From contig NC_043012.1 in NCBI RefSeq assembly GCF_006345805.1, positions 13,640,001 through 13,704,000 on the forward strand: DNA of 64,000 bases, read 5' to 3'. The position numbers were made by a program, and so were the translations under genes. The notes under the pieces were generated by a model that worked only from the letters and a program-made list of their open reading frames with translations, ran no database searches and was not told where the DNA came from. This document shows, piece after piece, positions 51,380 to 64,000 of this stretch. The stretch's first letter is position 1. The number at the start of each line of letters is the position of its first letter. Origin of the DNA: Octopus sinensis (taxonomy: Eukaryota).

Positions 51380-53320
51380 CTTCCATATCTCATTAAAGCA
51401 ACCACCCTTTTAGCTTCGATTGTAGCACATGCTGAGTTCTCAAATACTCTCTCCTGTGCATTTCTTTCATCTTGTGTTCATTCATACTATCGCTTTCATT
51501 TATCCCAGACATTTATATCCTTCCTCTCCGACTTCCTTTATAACTTCACCACTTTCCAGCTTCATCGCATGGCTTTTAGTGATTTTTACTCTTTTGAAAA
51601 TCATTATACCACATTTCTTGATCCCATATTCCATGCCAATATCTTTGCTAATCATCTGCTCAGTTGCGGTCAAATTCTCAATTTCTTTCTCAAACCTTAG
51701 AGAATAAATTTAGGTCATTCTTAAACCACAGGTTGTTTACTTTCACCCTGCCTAACATGTACCCCACACACATCTTTCTTAAAATGCTCGTTAGTGATGT
51801 ATGCAGATAACAAATAGGTGAGACGACAGACTATTCCCTTGAAAGATTCCTCTTTTGATATTTACCTTTCCCAACATAACCCCCTGTTCTTTGAGTTCAG
51901 GTCGTTACGTTGTCATTGTGTTTTGCATTAAGTTCAGGATATTAAGCAGTTTAAGGTACTCAATAAACCACGAGTGTGGGACAATGTCATAACCTTTTCT
52001 GTAGTCCACCCATTCCATCGACAAACTTTTGAGCCTCTTCTTGCAGCAAACCAAGATAGTTTTATCGATTATTAGTAGATACATCGTTCCTCCTCTCTTA
52101 CGTCTACACCCTTTTTGTTCCACTGGTAGCAGGTGGTTCTCATCTAGGTACTTATAGATGCTGTTTGATATGATGCCCGTCATCAGTTTCCACATCAGTT
52201 TTCCAAATACATTTCCTTTACTTGGGTCCTTCTGGCATAGTACCTTTCTTACTTTTGTCATACAGGCCAGTACTTAGATGCTATTACTCAGTATTTCGTC
52301 CATACGTCTCACCAAATCTCCCGTGAAGACCTGTCAGATTTTAAACCAAAAACCCTGAACCCCATCTGGATCAAGCGCTTTTCAGTTAGACATTTTCATC
52401 TCAGTTATTCTCAAATCCTCCGACTGATACTCTCCACTCTCCACTCTCCTCTTTGAGTGTCTTTAACCACTCTGCTTCAGTTTTGTGTTGTTTTTCCTGA
52501 GACCATATGTTTCACCAGAATCTTTTGCTTTCATCAGCATCCGGTATGGCATTTTCAACATTTTCCTTCCCATCCAATTCCTGATAGACTCTTTTTTGAT
52601 TTGGTTCGTAAAGTCTATTTAATCTGTGCTGCTCATTTCTCTGTTCAAATATCTTTAGTTTATATGCTTTTACTTTCAACCTCTGTTTTAATTTCTCAAA
52701 CACAATATTGATTTCCAGTCTAGCTCAACATTTTTCTCTCGCTGAACTGCATTTCTTTTTTTCTGGTTACGATAAAAAACTGCGTTATTCTCCTTTTCCG
52801 CCATAGCTCCTTCAGGTTATGTTGACATTTACCTTTGGCTTTCAAACCTAAATTCCGAGCTATAAAGATCGAGATTGCATTTATAAGATTATTAGTGTCT
52901 GTGATATTGTCAGTCCGCATTTCACCAGTGATATCATTTATCTTCCTGACTCATTCATTGAGTTTCTCTCTGTCTACGTTTATAAATCCCGTATTAAAGC
53001 GCTGTTCACCAGAAGTCCAAATATCAATGATTTCCTTTAAAATGGATATCTGTTCCTCGGTTCTCTCATCAATAATCTCAGACTTATGTTTGATTTATTC
53101 CTTTAATACGACTGCCATAGTTTCACTATCTGCATTCTATTCCGTTCACCGCTGGTCTTATTATCCGTCTCTTAATGCTTTCTAGTTCAACCTGAGATAA
53201 CAACTCATTCTTTATGGTGGGTCTAGCTTGCTCACACAGATTTTGTTCAGTTAATTCAAATAGGCTTCTGTCGTTCCAAGCCCTGAGCATTCTTTTCCGA
53301 TATACCCTACCAGGCAATTC
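51380..53320 (-). mobile_element. R4/Dong-like element, N-terminal to RT portion, degenerate
   Basis: GRVYRKRMLRAW..EQNLCEQAR, NQKRVYQEL, WKLMTGIIS..LLPVEQKGCRR..WVDYRKGYDIVPHSW, DIGMEYGIKKC. Confidence 0.8.
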
Positions 53321-53381
53321 ATTATTATTATAATTATTATTATTATTATTAGTAGTAGTAGTATTAGTAGTTGTTGTTGTT

Positions 53382-53459
<78 letters not shown>

Positions 53460-53464
53460 ATAAT

Positions 53465-55270
53465 ATTATCTCAGGTTTTGTTGGAAATCCTGGAGTCTTG
53501 CATGCGTAGATGGCTTACTACATGTAGCCTATTCTACCATGCTGATCGTTATTTTCAGTTTTCTAATACTTTCCTGATTATTCTGGTTGTGCCAAGGAGG
53601 CGAAATTTTTGTAACAGTTCTATTGGGTACTCTATTCCAATTTCCTTTATATGTGTGATGCCTGCTGATACTGTCCCCAAGGACAAAAGAATAATTGGCA
53701 TTATCTTCACCTTCATTTTTCCATTACTGTTTCTGAACTGATAGTCTGCCTTTGCCTTCCTTACTAATAAAATGATGGCGATCAAACATAAGACAAATAT
53801 CAAAGGAAACAACGAGTACGCCTGGAAAATTTTTCCTTTGATATTAACTTTCCCTAAGCGTGTCTCACTTGGGTAGAGATCTATTTTACATTTCTTCATG
53901 CTAAAGTTAATTAATTCTCTTATGTCTTGTGCTATATTGAATGTACCCAGGCACTCACTTATCCATGAGCATATGATCATGATATAGACTTCCCTTTATT
54001 CCATCCATGCTATTGTTAGATTTTTTCTTTCTAGCTCTTACTTCATTGGAAACTGCTTTGTCTGTTTATATTAGATCATGTGTTTCTCTATCCTTCTTCC
54101 TGCAACATTGGTATCTTCTGGTTCTTAAGGTGCTCGTAAATGCTTTCTGAAAGCATTCCTGTTAACAGTCTCCACACTAATGATAAGGAGCTGATTGGTC
54201 TATAGTAGCTAGCTGTTTTACAATTGCCCTTATCTTTCAGAAAGGGTATTGTCCCCAAAGTAATCCTGATTTTGTTCACTCAGACTCTCATGTAAAGTAC
54301 TAAATATCTTTAGTCAGTACCTTTGAACTAAATCTGGACGTAGACCCTTCCAATTCGGTATTTCTCCTAAAACCTTACTCATTAATGCACTAATTAGCCT
54401 TATTTTTGGCTGCTTCTCTCTCACTATTTCTTCCCTCAGTTTTTAAAGCCATACTGCATCTCCATTATAATTGACTGGCTTATCTCAAATATTTCTCCAG
54501 AACTTTTTAGTTTCTTCTACATTAGGTTTCTCATCTTCAGTACTTCACTCTCCACTATTTATTTATTTATAAAATCTCCTCTGTTGAGTCTCAGATAATC
54601 TATTCTCTTGATACTGATTTCAGGAACGCCTGCCTGCTATTACTATGATACGCTGTTTCAACTCTTTTATTACTCTCCCAAACCTTTCTCTTCGACTAAA
54701 TATCTTGTCTCCAAATCTTTTGTTCAGACCATTTGCTCTTTCAATCATTCCGTGTGAGATATTTAATCTTCTAGTAATTACTGCCTCTCCTGCTCAGATC
54801 AATAAGTTGGTTTCTCCTATATTTTTAGTTTCTATGCTACTCATAAGAGAATCTACTTTCCAAGTCATTTCTAGCAGTTTCCTTATGTTGGTACCTTTTA
54901 ATGCAGGCAATCTTTTTTACTACTTCTTTACACATTACTTACTACAATTCATCTAAAATCTTATCTTCCTCACTTAAATCACTTAAATCGCTGTGACAGT
55001 TGTCACTTCCTTATTAGTAGCCTTTATATTATTTTCCCTTTAAGTATCTCTGAAGTTGGTGTTTGTCTTTCCTATTGCCTGGTCTTTCCGTTCTAGTTCT
55101 CTCGTGATCTCTGCCATCCAATTCTGCCATCGGCTTTCTTCTCTGAATAGCAACTACTAATCTATGCTCAGTCACTTTAAACATATACTACATCCGTTTC
55201 CTGTAGCCCCTTCTTTTGGGTTCACTTTCTAAGTAACATTGCATCGTTATCTTGCTTTCTTCGATGGCCC
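53465..55270 (-). mobile_element. R4/Dong-like element with a large internal deletion
   Basis: YYRPISSLSLVWRLLTG and VNIKGKIFQA..ADYQFRNS fused directly to KVKIMPIILLSLGTV..LLQKFRLLGTTRIIRKVLE. Microsatellite tail. Confidence 0.8.
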
Positions 55271-56044
55271 ACTTCATCCTCCTTATTCTATTATCCGCTG
55301 ATGTTTTATTATGATAACGGCTGTGGTCACTCTGCATCTTCACTGAGCCACTGCCTTAAAGTTCCAGCTTCATTATCACTGTTACACCAGAGTTTCATCG
55401 GAAACTCCTGTTTCTCATAAACTGAGCTACGGTAACGGTCGTCATCAACGCCATCACCACATATATTTTTTGGCACCTGACAGTTTCAAGCAACTTTCTA
55501 TTGCATCATTTGTTGCACCTGTATGCTGGGGGTGGATATCGTTTTGTTTTGAGGTTTGGGCTGAGTCTTCTGTTGTATTAGTTTTTGTATTGTGTGTTGT
55601 TTATGCAGTGCAGCTTGTGTTCTTCTGTTGGGTATCGGACTTATGTGGCACACGTTGTGGGCTTTGTTCATATGAGTTTATTCCTGTATATTTTAGGAGT
55701 GATACATAGTAGGGTGTGTAAATCATAGATCAACTATTTCAAAGTATTAATGGTTATCTGTCCACCGTGGTTTTTCTGTTGGTTGCTTTTGTTATGGTTT
55801 CGTTGTTACAGAGTTCTGCTGTTTTCCGGAATTTAGCGCGCCAGAGCTGAGACATTAAAAAGAACTCCAATGTAATCGGTAGAACTGCACATACGTCTAA
55901 TTTTGTGAGGACAACCTGTGTATAGTTCTGCATATTATATTGAATTAGAACGGTCGTAGTGAAGGGCCACGGATGTTGTTACGTAAGTAAAATCGTTAAT
56001 GGCGAAACTAGTCTACGATTAATACGATTAATATATATATATAT

Positions 56045-56217
56045 ATATATACATATATACGATGGGCTTCTTTCAGTTTCCGTCTACCAAATCCACTCAC
56101 AAGGCTTTGGTCGGCCCGAGGCCATAGTAGAAGATACTTGCCCAAGGTACCACGCAGTGGGACTGAACCCGGAACCATGTGGTTGTTAAGCAAGCTACTT
56201 ACCACACAGCCACTCTG
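56045..56217 (-). mobile_element. SINE family A, 5' half
   Basis: Near-identical to 36140-36310. Confidence 0.85.
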
Positions 56218-56977
56218 CACTTATATATATTATTTTTTCTTGAGGAATCTGGTGATTTCGTTTTCGCAATATATGGTAGTTGAATTTTTTTTTGTTTTCC
56301 GAATGTTAAGGAAAATTTTGATAAGCTAAAAAGATTCCGTTCTTGTCTATATCTGTCTAACACGCGAGATGGAGATATTATTTCGACTCAGCTGCAAATA
56401 GCGAAAATCAACGCAGATATGTAGTCCTGCTTCGTTAATCACGATCAGGGATTCATTAATTGCACCTCCAATATCACAATATAGAGAGATATAAGATTAT
56501 TAATAAAATGTATTTAATAGCCTCACTATATTGAAAATAATAAATCACTTCTATTTCATTCATCCCTATTAAAATTCGACCTCTAACTGACTTCTTACAT
56601 TTCTTTTCCATTAAATATATGTTTCCACATCTTTAAGATTTATTCCTATTCATCTAATGCACTATATTTCTCAACTCTTGGTTTACTGCTATTTTCCCTC
56701 TTTCTCCTCCTCCATCACTTTCTTTAAATTGCATTTGACGTTAAATCCATTAACGGTTAAAAAAAATGACTTGCCATAATTTCATCATATACGCGGTCAT
56801 CACATTCAGTTAAAATGACTTAATGATGATGTTTCTGTTTATTTCTCTGATGAGAAGGTCGTATTGTTTTACATCGTTTTATTCCCTCTGCAATAATACA
56901 AATGTTTTCATCGAAACATATGTCGGAAGTATTAATATTTGAATTACACCTGCGTTTAACTACATTTCTTTATTTAT

Positions 56978-57026
<49 letters not shown>

Positions 57027-57141
57027 AATATATATATGTGTGTGTATATATATATATATATATGTATGTATATATATACACACACACACGCACATATATA
57101 TATATACACACACACATATATATACATATATATATACATAC

Positions 57142-57179
<38 letters not shown>

Positions 57180-57581
57180 CTGTGTGTGATGAAACAAAAA
57201 TGCAATAGAGAACAATAACTTAACCGGACAGATAGACGATAGAAAGGCGGACTGGAAAAACAATTAGAGAGGCAGTAAAAAGGAAAGGTCGTTCGTCAGT
57301 CAAATTACCAGATGTCCTTTCAGTTTCGGTTAGTTACATTCGAGACTGCTCAATCTGGTTGCCCCCCCCCCCTCGCCCCAAAGTCTAAGCTAAGAGTATT
57401 ACCGTTTTTGTAAGAAAGCTAGCGAAGGTGTGCGGCACCGATGATGCTTGACGCATAGGTCGTGTTTGACGGTGGTCAGTTTATAGGGCCGTGAGCGCTA
57501 TATTATGGTGCGGAGCACGTGTTATACCAGATCTCAACACAGTTGTATTGTAATACAGCCTATGTATATGTAGAGAATAAC

Positions 57582-57692
57582 TGGAGGCGCATGGCCTAGT
57601 GGTTAGAGAAGCGGACTCGCGATCGAGGGATCGCAGGTTCGAATCTCAGACCGGGTGATGTTTATGTTTATGAGAGAAACACCTAATCTCAA
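57582..57692 (+). mobile_element. SINE family C head
   Basis: TGGAGGCGCATGGCCTAGTGGTTAGAG..GCAGGTTCGAATCTCAGACCGGG. Confidence 0.75.
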
Positions 57693-57855
57693 CCGTGAGT
57701 CAATGAAGTATGCAAACTGAAAGTTACTAGAGCATAGCCTCCAAATTAACGTAACAGATTTAAAGAAACAAAAATATCCCTTTCTATATCTTTACACTTG
57801 TATGCAGATATTCATGTTCATATAAGTTCAGACATGTAACCTTACGATGAGCTAT

Positions 57856-57925
<70 letters not shown>

Positions 57926-58005
57926 TAATAGGTGATGGTGATAATGGTAAAAACAAAAATAACAATAATAAGATACTGTTGTGACTACACGTAAAACAAT
58001 GTCAT

Positions 58006-58042
<37 letters not shown>

Positions 58043-58049
58043 GGTGATG

Positions 58050-58095
<46 letters not shown>

Positions 58096-58339
58096 TAATA
58101 ATAATAATAATAACAATAATAACAATAATAACTGACAGCTTCTTTTTTTCCGTATTTTACTCTCATTTTTTCGAACTAATACAGGCAGAGTGCATCTTTT
58201 ATAAGTTTTTTTTAAAAATGTTCAGAGATAAAACTATCAACAAAAAAAAACAGACGAATACAGATCTGCTAGACTTAAGAAGCTGCACTACGAGCAATGT
58301 TTACGTACAGAGAACCCTAAACTGACAGATCCATCTCCT

Positions 58340-58860
58340 AATGTATGAGTCGAAGCTCGTCATGCTTCAATGTCAACAAAACAAACTACAAACCGCAATG
58401 GTCATCGCGCGCATTACAAAAGACCACGTACCCGAAAATTTAATCAAATTCTGATTGAAAAATCAGCTACTGGATCAAATCTTCCCAACACACAGGAGCT
58501 GGACGTACCACACAGCCGGAATATTCCAACAGATGGCCATCCATGCCCGTCACCAAATAATCAAAAGAAAAAGAAAGAAAAATAGTCTAGGGAAGATAAT
58601 TAAGAAGTTCTTGCGGCCTTCTGCCATGCCATATGAGGACTGGATGTTAAAACTTGTCTCAAAATATGAAAACAAGAAAGCATCATACTCAGTAACAAAA
58701 AAGGCAAAGGAATATCTAAGTGAATTCCGAATACAACAAACTTCGGAATTAGAGATAGACATACAAGAAACAAACGCTGGATGACACCAGGTACCCCAAA
58801 CTCTGCCAGTGCTCTAGCAAAATCTTCAGGAGATTAATCCACAATATACCCATTAATCCA
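58340..58860 (+). mobile_element. R4/Dong-like fragment (degenerate)
   Basis: EDWMLKLVSKYENKKASYSVTKKAKEY resembles the post-RT region of this clade. Confidence 0.5.
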
Positions 58861-59329
58861 AAATCTGAAATATATATAAATATATATATGTGTATATTGA
58901 CAGGGCAAGACTGCTAGGTAGTCGGCCGTATGCTAGAAATAGATCATCAACGATCAAACTACAAAGAAAGTTCTCTAGTTCTCTAGAGTAAAAATTCAGC
59001 GAACACCAGAACCAAATTTGGCGGACTGGACAGATGAAAATTTATATAAAAAACAGAATTAATTGCATAACTCGGTTTCGGCCTTTAACAAAAGAAATTA
59101 CTTACATAATTCAAATGTCCGTTGCCTCATCAGTACAATCGTTCAGTGTAAATGCAATCCGAAAACTAACCCCAGCTTTCTGTGCCAAAACAGACACGTG
59201 TTTAGTTTTACCGAATACATTAGGGATAAAATTTCAAATGTCTTAGTTCCGGCGCGCTAAAAAATTCCTGAAGCGAAGAACTGCAGTAAATAATTCACTG
59301 CGGTTAGTGCTTGCTACTGGAGAACGTAT

Positions 59330-60456
59330 TTATTTCAATTAATAAAAAGTAAAAAAAAAAGAATTATATATTGCTAATCCGGTTCAAGTGGATATGTAAA
59401 CGCGAATTTTTAGAAATATCACATCAAGTTGAACGCAATTAAAAATGTCCTTACTCCATTTTCTTTCTTGAACAGTTTTCGACCTTACTTACCTTTTCGG
59501 ATCGGGATGTGAAAGGTATTGAAATATTCGTAGTTTTCTAAATTTGATAATATTTTTATATGATGGATTCGATTTTTCTGCATCAGATGTTTGATTTAGA
59601 TACAACCTACTGACAAGTACTGAATCAAATGTGCTCATTCCACTCAGCAGTGATACTAATAATATATAGTACGTAAAATGTGAAAGATATTTTGAATTTT
59701 TTGGTGTATTCTTACCGATTTGCACAACGTACACGACATTTGATAAAAAAAAATATCGTGGTATCCAGAGGAAGTTTTTCACCTGATTTAGGTGGCAGAA
59801 GGAGAAAAAATAGATAAAACAGTCAACATTACAGTCTCAATTATCATAGCTACTATACCAAAATTGAATAAGTAAATCGAAGCATATGCGTAACTGAGAG
59901 AGAATTTCAGACCCTTCATTTCTCCACGGATCTGAACATCCCATTCATAGTTTTGTATATTGTTTAAATCATTATGTTTAAATGCTTTTTTCTTGAATGG
60001 ATTGGCTTCAGCAAAGCCGTACACATGGATAAAAGTAAGCATTGACTTCACAAAATGTAAGTAATAATTTCTAAGACCACATTTCCACAGATCCATTACT
60101 ATAAAGAATTAGTTCGCGTAAACACTCTTTCTCTTCTGAACCCTTCAATGCATTACAAATTGCTAAATTTGGTATCCAAAGCTGATCTTTTGACACATTA
60201 AACACTGGTAATTATATAGAGCAATCATTTCCATGTTAGATTTTCGTCGACCCATCGTTGCTCTAAAATGTAGCGATCCTTAAGTACGTTATTTCAAAAA
60301 TCCAATTCATGAAGTCTCTCAAACTGTAAGACAACATATATCTCAACAGCTGTAATTAGATTAATGACATGTCATATATATGACATATATAGCGCTGTAA
60401 CGTAATGTCGATAGAATCTGAGTAAAAATGGAACCAGAATATTATATCAGTATCAT
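59330..60456 (-). pseudogene. Degenerate chemotactile receptor pseudogene (CR-psi)
   Basis: Stitched frames give VINLITAVEIY..LHELDF*NN..RWVDENLTW, KDQLWIPNLAICNALKGSEEK, CEVNAYFYP, QNYEWDV, LPPKSGEK, LSNVVYVVQIGKNTPKNSKY and VQLDVIFLKI, collinear with the intact CRs. Several stops, frameshifts and deletions. Confidence 0.9.
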
Positions 60457-60640
60457 GATTCGGAATAATTAGAAAGGTTGAATCTCAGTTCTGCTAATTT
60501 GCTTTATCAGATTATTTAAGATTTGTAATTCGTTTTAGTCAGTTGCTATTTATATTAAGTGCATTCATGTTATAGTTGATAAAATGAAATATTATAAACA
60601 GATTCCCAATATATACAATATTTTCTATATTAGGAAACTG

Positions 60641-61012
60641 TTAGCACGCCGGGTGAAATGCTTAGCTGCTGCAACGTTCTGATTTCAAATTCCGCCGAGG
60701 TCGATTTTGCCTTTCATCCTTTCGGGGTCGATTAAATAAGTACCAGTTACGCGCTGGGGTCGATATAATCGACTTAATCTGTTTGTCTGTTCTTGTGTGT
60801 CCCCTCTGTGTGTATCCCATTGTGGGTAGTAAAGAAATAGGTATTTCGTCAGCCGCTACGTTCTGAGTTCAAATTTCGCCGAGGACGACGTTTCTTTTCA
60901 TTCTTTCGGGGTGGATAAATTAAGTACCAGTTGCGTATTGGGGTCGATCAAATCGACTGGCTCATCCGCCAAAATTTCGAGCATTGTGCCTTGAGTACAA
61001 AACAATATAGAG
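60641..61012 (+). mobile_element. SINE family B dimer, upstream of CR-psi
   Basis: Two cores joined by AAAGAAATAG|GTATTTCGTC; terminal AAAATTTCGAGCATTGTGCC tail. Confidence 0.85.
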
Positions 61013-61812
61013 AATATTTTCTTTTTCCATGCTGCATGGCTTTTTACGTGAGGAATAAAACCACTATCTATTAAACATTGTTTTGCGTAGGAATTTTGGA
61101 AAATTTCAGAGAAATCGAGCATGAAATATTATTCTGATTCAACTATTAGTGTAATATCTGAAAATAATTTATAAATATCCCATTCAATATAGTCGCAATT
61201 CTGTTGAACAATATCATCTAAAATTGATTTTTTACAAAATATGTTTCTAAATATAAACGTAAAATATTTGTGCGATTATATTATGTTCCTTTTTGATGCT
61301 TTAATTCGTAAAGCATATAGGCGCCTTTGGTGTAAAGGGATGAAACAGGGACCTGAAATGAAAAATGAAAAGTAAGTAAGTTATTCTTTATGTCATTTTA
61401 TAAACTCAAATTTTCGATACAAACAGAAGGGACTCGAAAGAAACATATCAAAAATAGTGAAATTATACCAACGACACAAAGAGAAACATTACTCAATAGA
61501 CGAAGGGGCATCACTAACAATATGAATTTTCACTTTGGAATTTATTGATTTATTACCAAGAATAAGAAAATATTACCAGAAATAAGAATAAAGGCAAGAA
61601 TCCGATCTAATTCAGATATATCCGTGACATTGCCGTTCGAAAATATATGCATGTGCACGAGAGATATGCTGTAGTATGAACCAGATTGTAAATGTGATAC
61701 TCTAGCGGGAAAATTGTGAAAATACCGCAAGACACGATCCAATTAGATTGTTTAAGCCCTGAGTAGAGAGATAGTATGTATAAAAGATATTACCACAGAA
61801 GAGGTAAAGTAT

Positions 61813-61861
<49 letters not shown>

Positions 61862-62300
61862 TATGGCTGCCCCATCGTTATCGAGTATGGCCATTGCACG
61901 AAGCTTAACTGTTACTGGTGCTGTGATCGAATGTGACTTTTTAGTCCGGCTAAAGATCTACAATGTCTTGTAAAGAATTGGCAACTAAAGCCTTTACTGG
62001 TTATTGCCGGCTGTAGGTGTAACTGGGCTTCATGTACCTTTGCATGTCGTTTAAGTCCTCCTGCCGAATTACACTCTCTTCTACACGCCCGAATGATATG
62101 ATTAGTATGGTGTGTTGCACCACCACCAGTGGCCAGGTTGTCACTCATCTGTCTCACTTTATTACTACGAAGATGACTCTTGAGTCCAGCTTTACTGAAG
62201 CAGGGTCTTGCACAGACACTGCATGTCAGGTCACTTTCGAGTGCTACTGGTAACATGTAACCCAGTACAACCTGTTGCATGGTCGGGTCGTCGGCGACGA
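61862..62300 (-). mobile_element. Probable LINE 3' end (RTE-like) encoding three C2H2-type zinc fingers
   Basis: CSVCARPCFSKAGLKSHLRS, ACRRECNSAGGLKRHAKVH and CQFFTRHCRSLAGLKSHIRSQH, then a short 3' UTR (GGCCATACTCGATAACGATGGGCAGCC) ending at (TA)n. Confidence 0.6.
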
Positions 62301-62544
62301 AACCGGCAAATAAGCGTAATGGAAAACGGAGATAAACGCACAAGATGTTATTTAAATGATTTATGGTGATATAAATAACATCTTGTGCGTTTGTCGCCAT
62401 TTTCCATTACTCTTATATTCTCCAAAATACATCTCACTTTTCGGAATTATTGCCCATGTAAATGTCGTTACTAATTTCTCTGGCACTTAAGCGACATTTG
62501 GCTACTTTGGTAAGTTTTTCTCTGGATATTTCCTTGTTAATGAT

Positions 62545-62579
<35 letters not shown>

Positions 62580-62590
62580 TATATATATGC

Positions 62591-62631
<41 letters not shown>

Positions 62632-62632
62632 A

Positions 62633-63020
62633 TGTGAAATAGAAAGATGAATAATCTTGTAGTAGATTAATCAAAAGTTTAACCGATACCTTAGTAGCAA
62701 AAGTCACAGCAGTAAACAGCACGGTTGGAGGTACAACCATATGGTGTTGCAACCGTGCGTTGGTGCGGATAATTGAAATTAAAACATTATTGGTGAATTG
62801 AAGAAATGGAGCTGAACGCAGATTGAACAGAAATCGTTTTATTTCATTCTACACGTGTTTCGAAAGGCACAAATTACCAAAATCTGATTGAATAATGGGA
62901 CCATATTGTGTCTTTCTCTTCAGGAAGAAAATAGGAAATCCGTTGGAAGAACAAAAACAGAACAGAGGCGGAGCAAAAACAAATCGAACTATGCTCCTAA
63001 GAGCCCATGGCGAAACTTTT
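62633..63020 (-). mobile_element. Penelope-derived terminal-repeat element carrying a hammerhead, copy 2
   Basis: Near-identical to 48207-48528; bounded by (TA)n on both sides. Confidence 0.8.
62842..62931 (-). ncRNA. Type I hammerhead ribozyme (copy 2)
   Basis: Same core and stems as copy 1; GUA triplet at 62852-62850. Confidence 0.8.
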
Positions 63021-63063
63021 ATATATATATATATATATAATATATATATACACACTCACACAA

Positions 63064-63107
<44 letters not shown>

Positions 63108-63579
63108 GCACACACACACACACACACACACACAATAGCAATGCATCCCGACATTGCTTGGCTGTTATGACCTACAACCACATTGTATTTGTTCCTTTCT
63201 TATCGGCAGAATCGGTACAAGAGGAATTTGAAGCAAAGAACTCTTCTTTATAAACGTTTTTCTTTCGTTTTTGTGAAGAACTCTGCCGAAATTTTTCACA
63301 CCAAAAGCATGTAGAATGGCACCTTCGATTAGAATGAAATACTAACATTGACACCAAAATGACCTAGACTTGCGGATTTAAAGAGTTCAGTGACGTATGA
63401 GGACGTAGAACTATCTGTACTGCAGAAAGTAAAGTACAGAGAAAGAAAGCTGCTTCATTATGAAAAGCATAGTCTGTAATGTTTGGGCAGACTGCACACT
63501 TCAACATATGTTACGTGAAACTGACAATGCTTCTGGGTAAACTATGTTTTGCGTAAGCCAAGTGTTGATAGAATAAATA

Positions 63580-64000
63580 TACAAGTCATCTGCACTGCTA
63601 AATGGACATCATGAGAAAAGCAGGGTATTTGTAAAGTTTGACCCTGGGGTTTGTTGATTGTCATAGCGAAGCACAATCGCACTGGGAAGTAGAGGTGCTT
63701 GAACTGAAATGACACATATGGGGGAATAAGGGGTATGTGTGGAATGCATGCGATCTGTCCTCGATGACAATAATGGTTGCTTCTAGGACATGACTTGTCA
63801 CTTTAGTTACAATCAATTTTGTACCATTACATAGTCGTGACGGGTCCAAATTCCTCAAGAGCATGACACATACTAGGAACAACTAATGCGATAACAGTCC
63901 TGTGGGTTGTAGAGAGCTGAAAAATTCTACTGGATACTCAACAGTGTCATGTTCATCGATGGTAGTAACAATCGTGACAAACGTTGAAGCATCTCCAGGT
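63580..64000 (-). mobile_element. Helitron Pif1-helicase fragment (pseudo), runs off the window edge
   Basis: EYPVEF, MLLRNLDPSRLCNGTKLIV and FQFKHLYFPVRLCFAMTINKPQGQTL motifs, with frameshifts. Confidence 0.8.

Noticed and set aside
57281-57330. Minus-strand CTGACGA and CGAAAC motifs close together
   Set aside because: Stem II cannot pair in any circular permutation.
57582-57660. tRNA-like sequences with A and B boxes (also at other SINE heads)
   Set aside because: They continue into SINE bodies and lack a proper acceptor stem, so they are SINE heads rather than tRNA genes.
57981-58325. Poly-Met / poly-Ile ORF
   Set aside because: It is a translation of (GAT)n and (AAT)n microsatellites.
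63580-64000. Host Pif1 helicase gene
   Set aside because: It is frameshifted, intronless and Helitron-like (YPVEF and MLLRNLDP..LCNGT context).

Overview
AT-rich, microsatellite- and transposon-dense eukaryotic DNA, almost certainly from an Octopus genome. Its core is a head-to-tail tandem cluster of intronless cephalopod chemotactile receptor (CR) genes, all on the minus strand. These are atypical Cys-loop/nAChR-derived channels that keep the Cys-loop but lack the ACh-binding residues and the loop-C vicinal cysteines. There are three intact ORFs (10526-11719, 37378-38580, 44062-45294; the last looks like CRT1) and one decayed pseudogene (~59330-60456). The rest is tRNA-derived SINEs, CR1, RTE, R4/Dong and Penelope-like retroelement remnants, two mariners, Helitron pieces and MITEs. 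Main observations: (1) the middle CR has a rewired pore (E-1'K, S2'F), and its AAG codon could be edited back to Glu by A-to-I editing; (2) several Penelope-type hammerhead ribozymes are present, two with an intact core; (3) a perfect 268-bp inverted copy of the CRT1 upstream region sits at the 5' junction of one hammerhead element; (4) a 10-bp motif lies 321-326 bp upstream of all three intact CR starts. All analysis was by eye. Repeat boundaries are approximate, and family names and the CRT1 identification come from recalled consensus features, not database searches.
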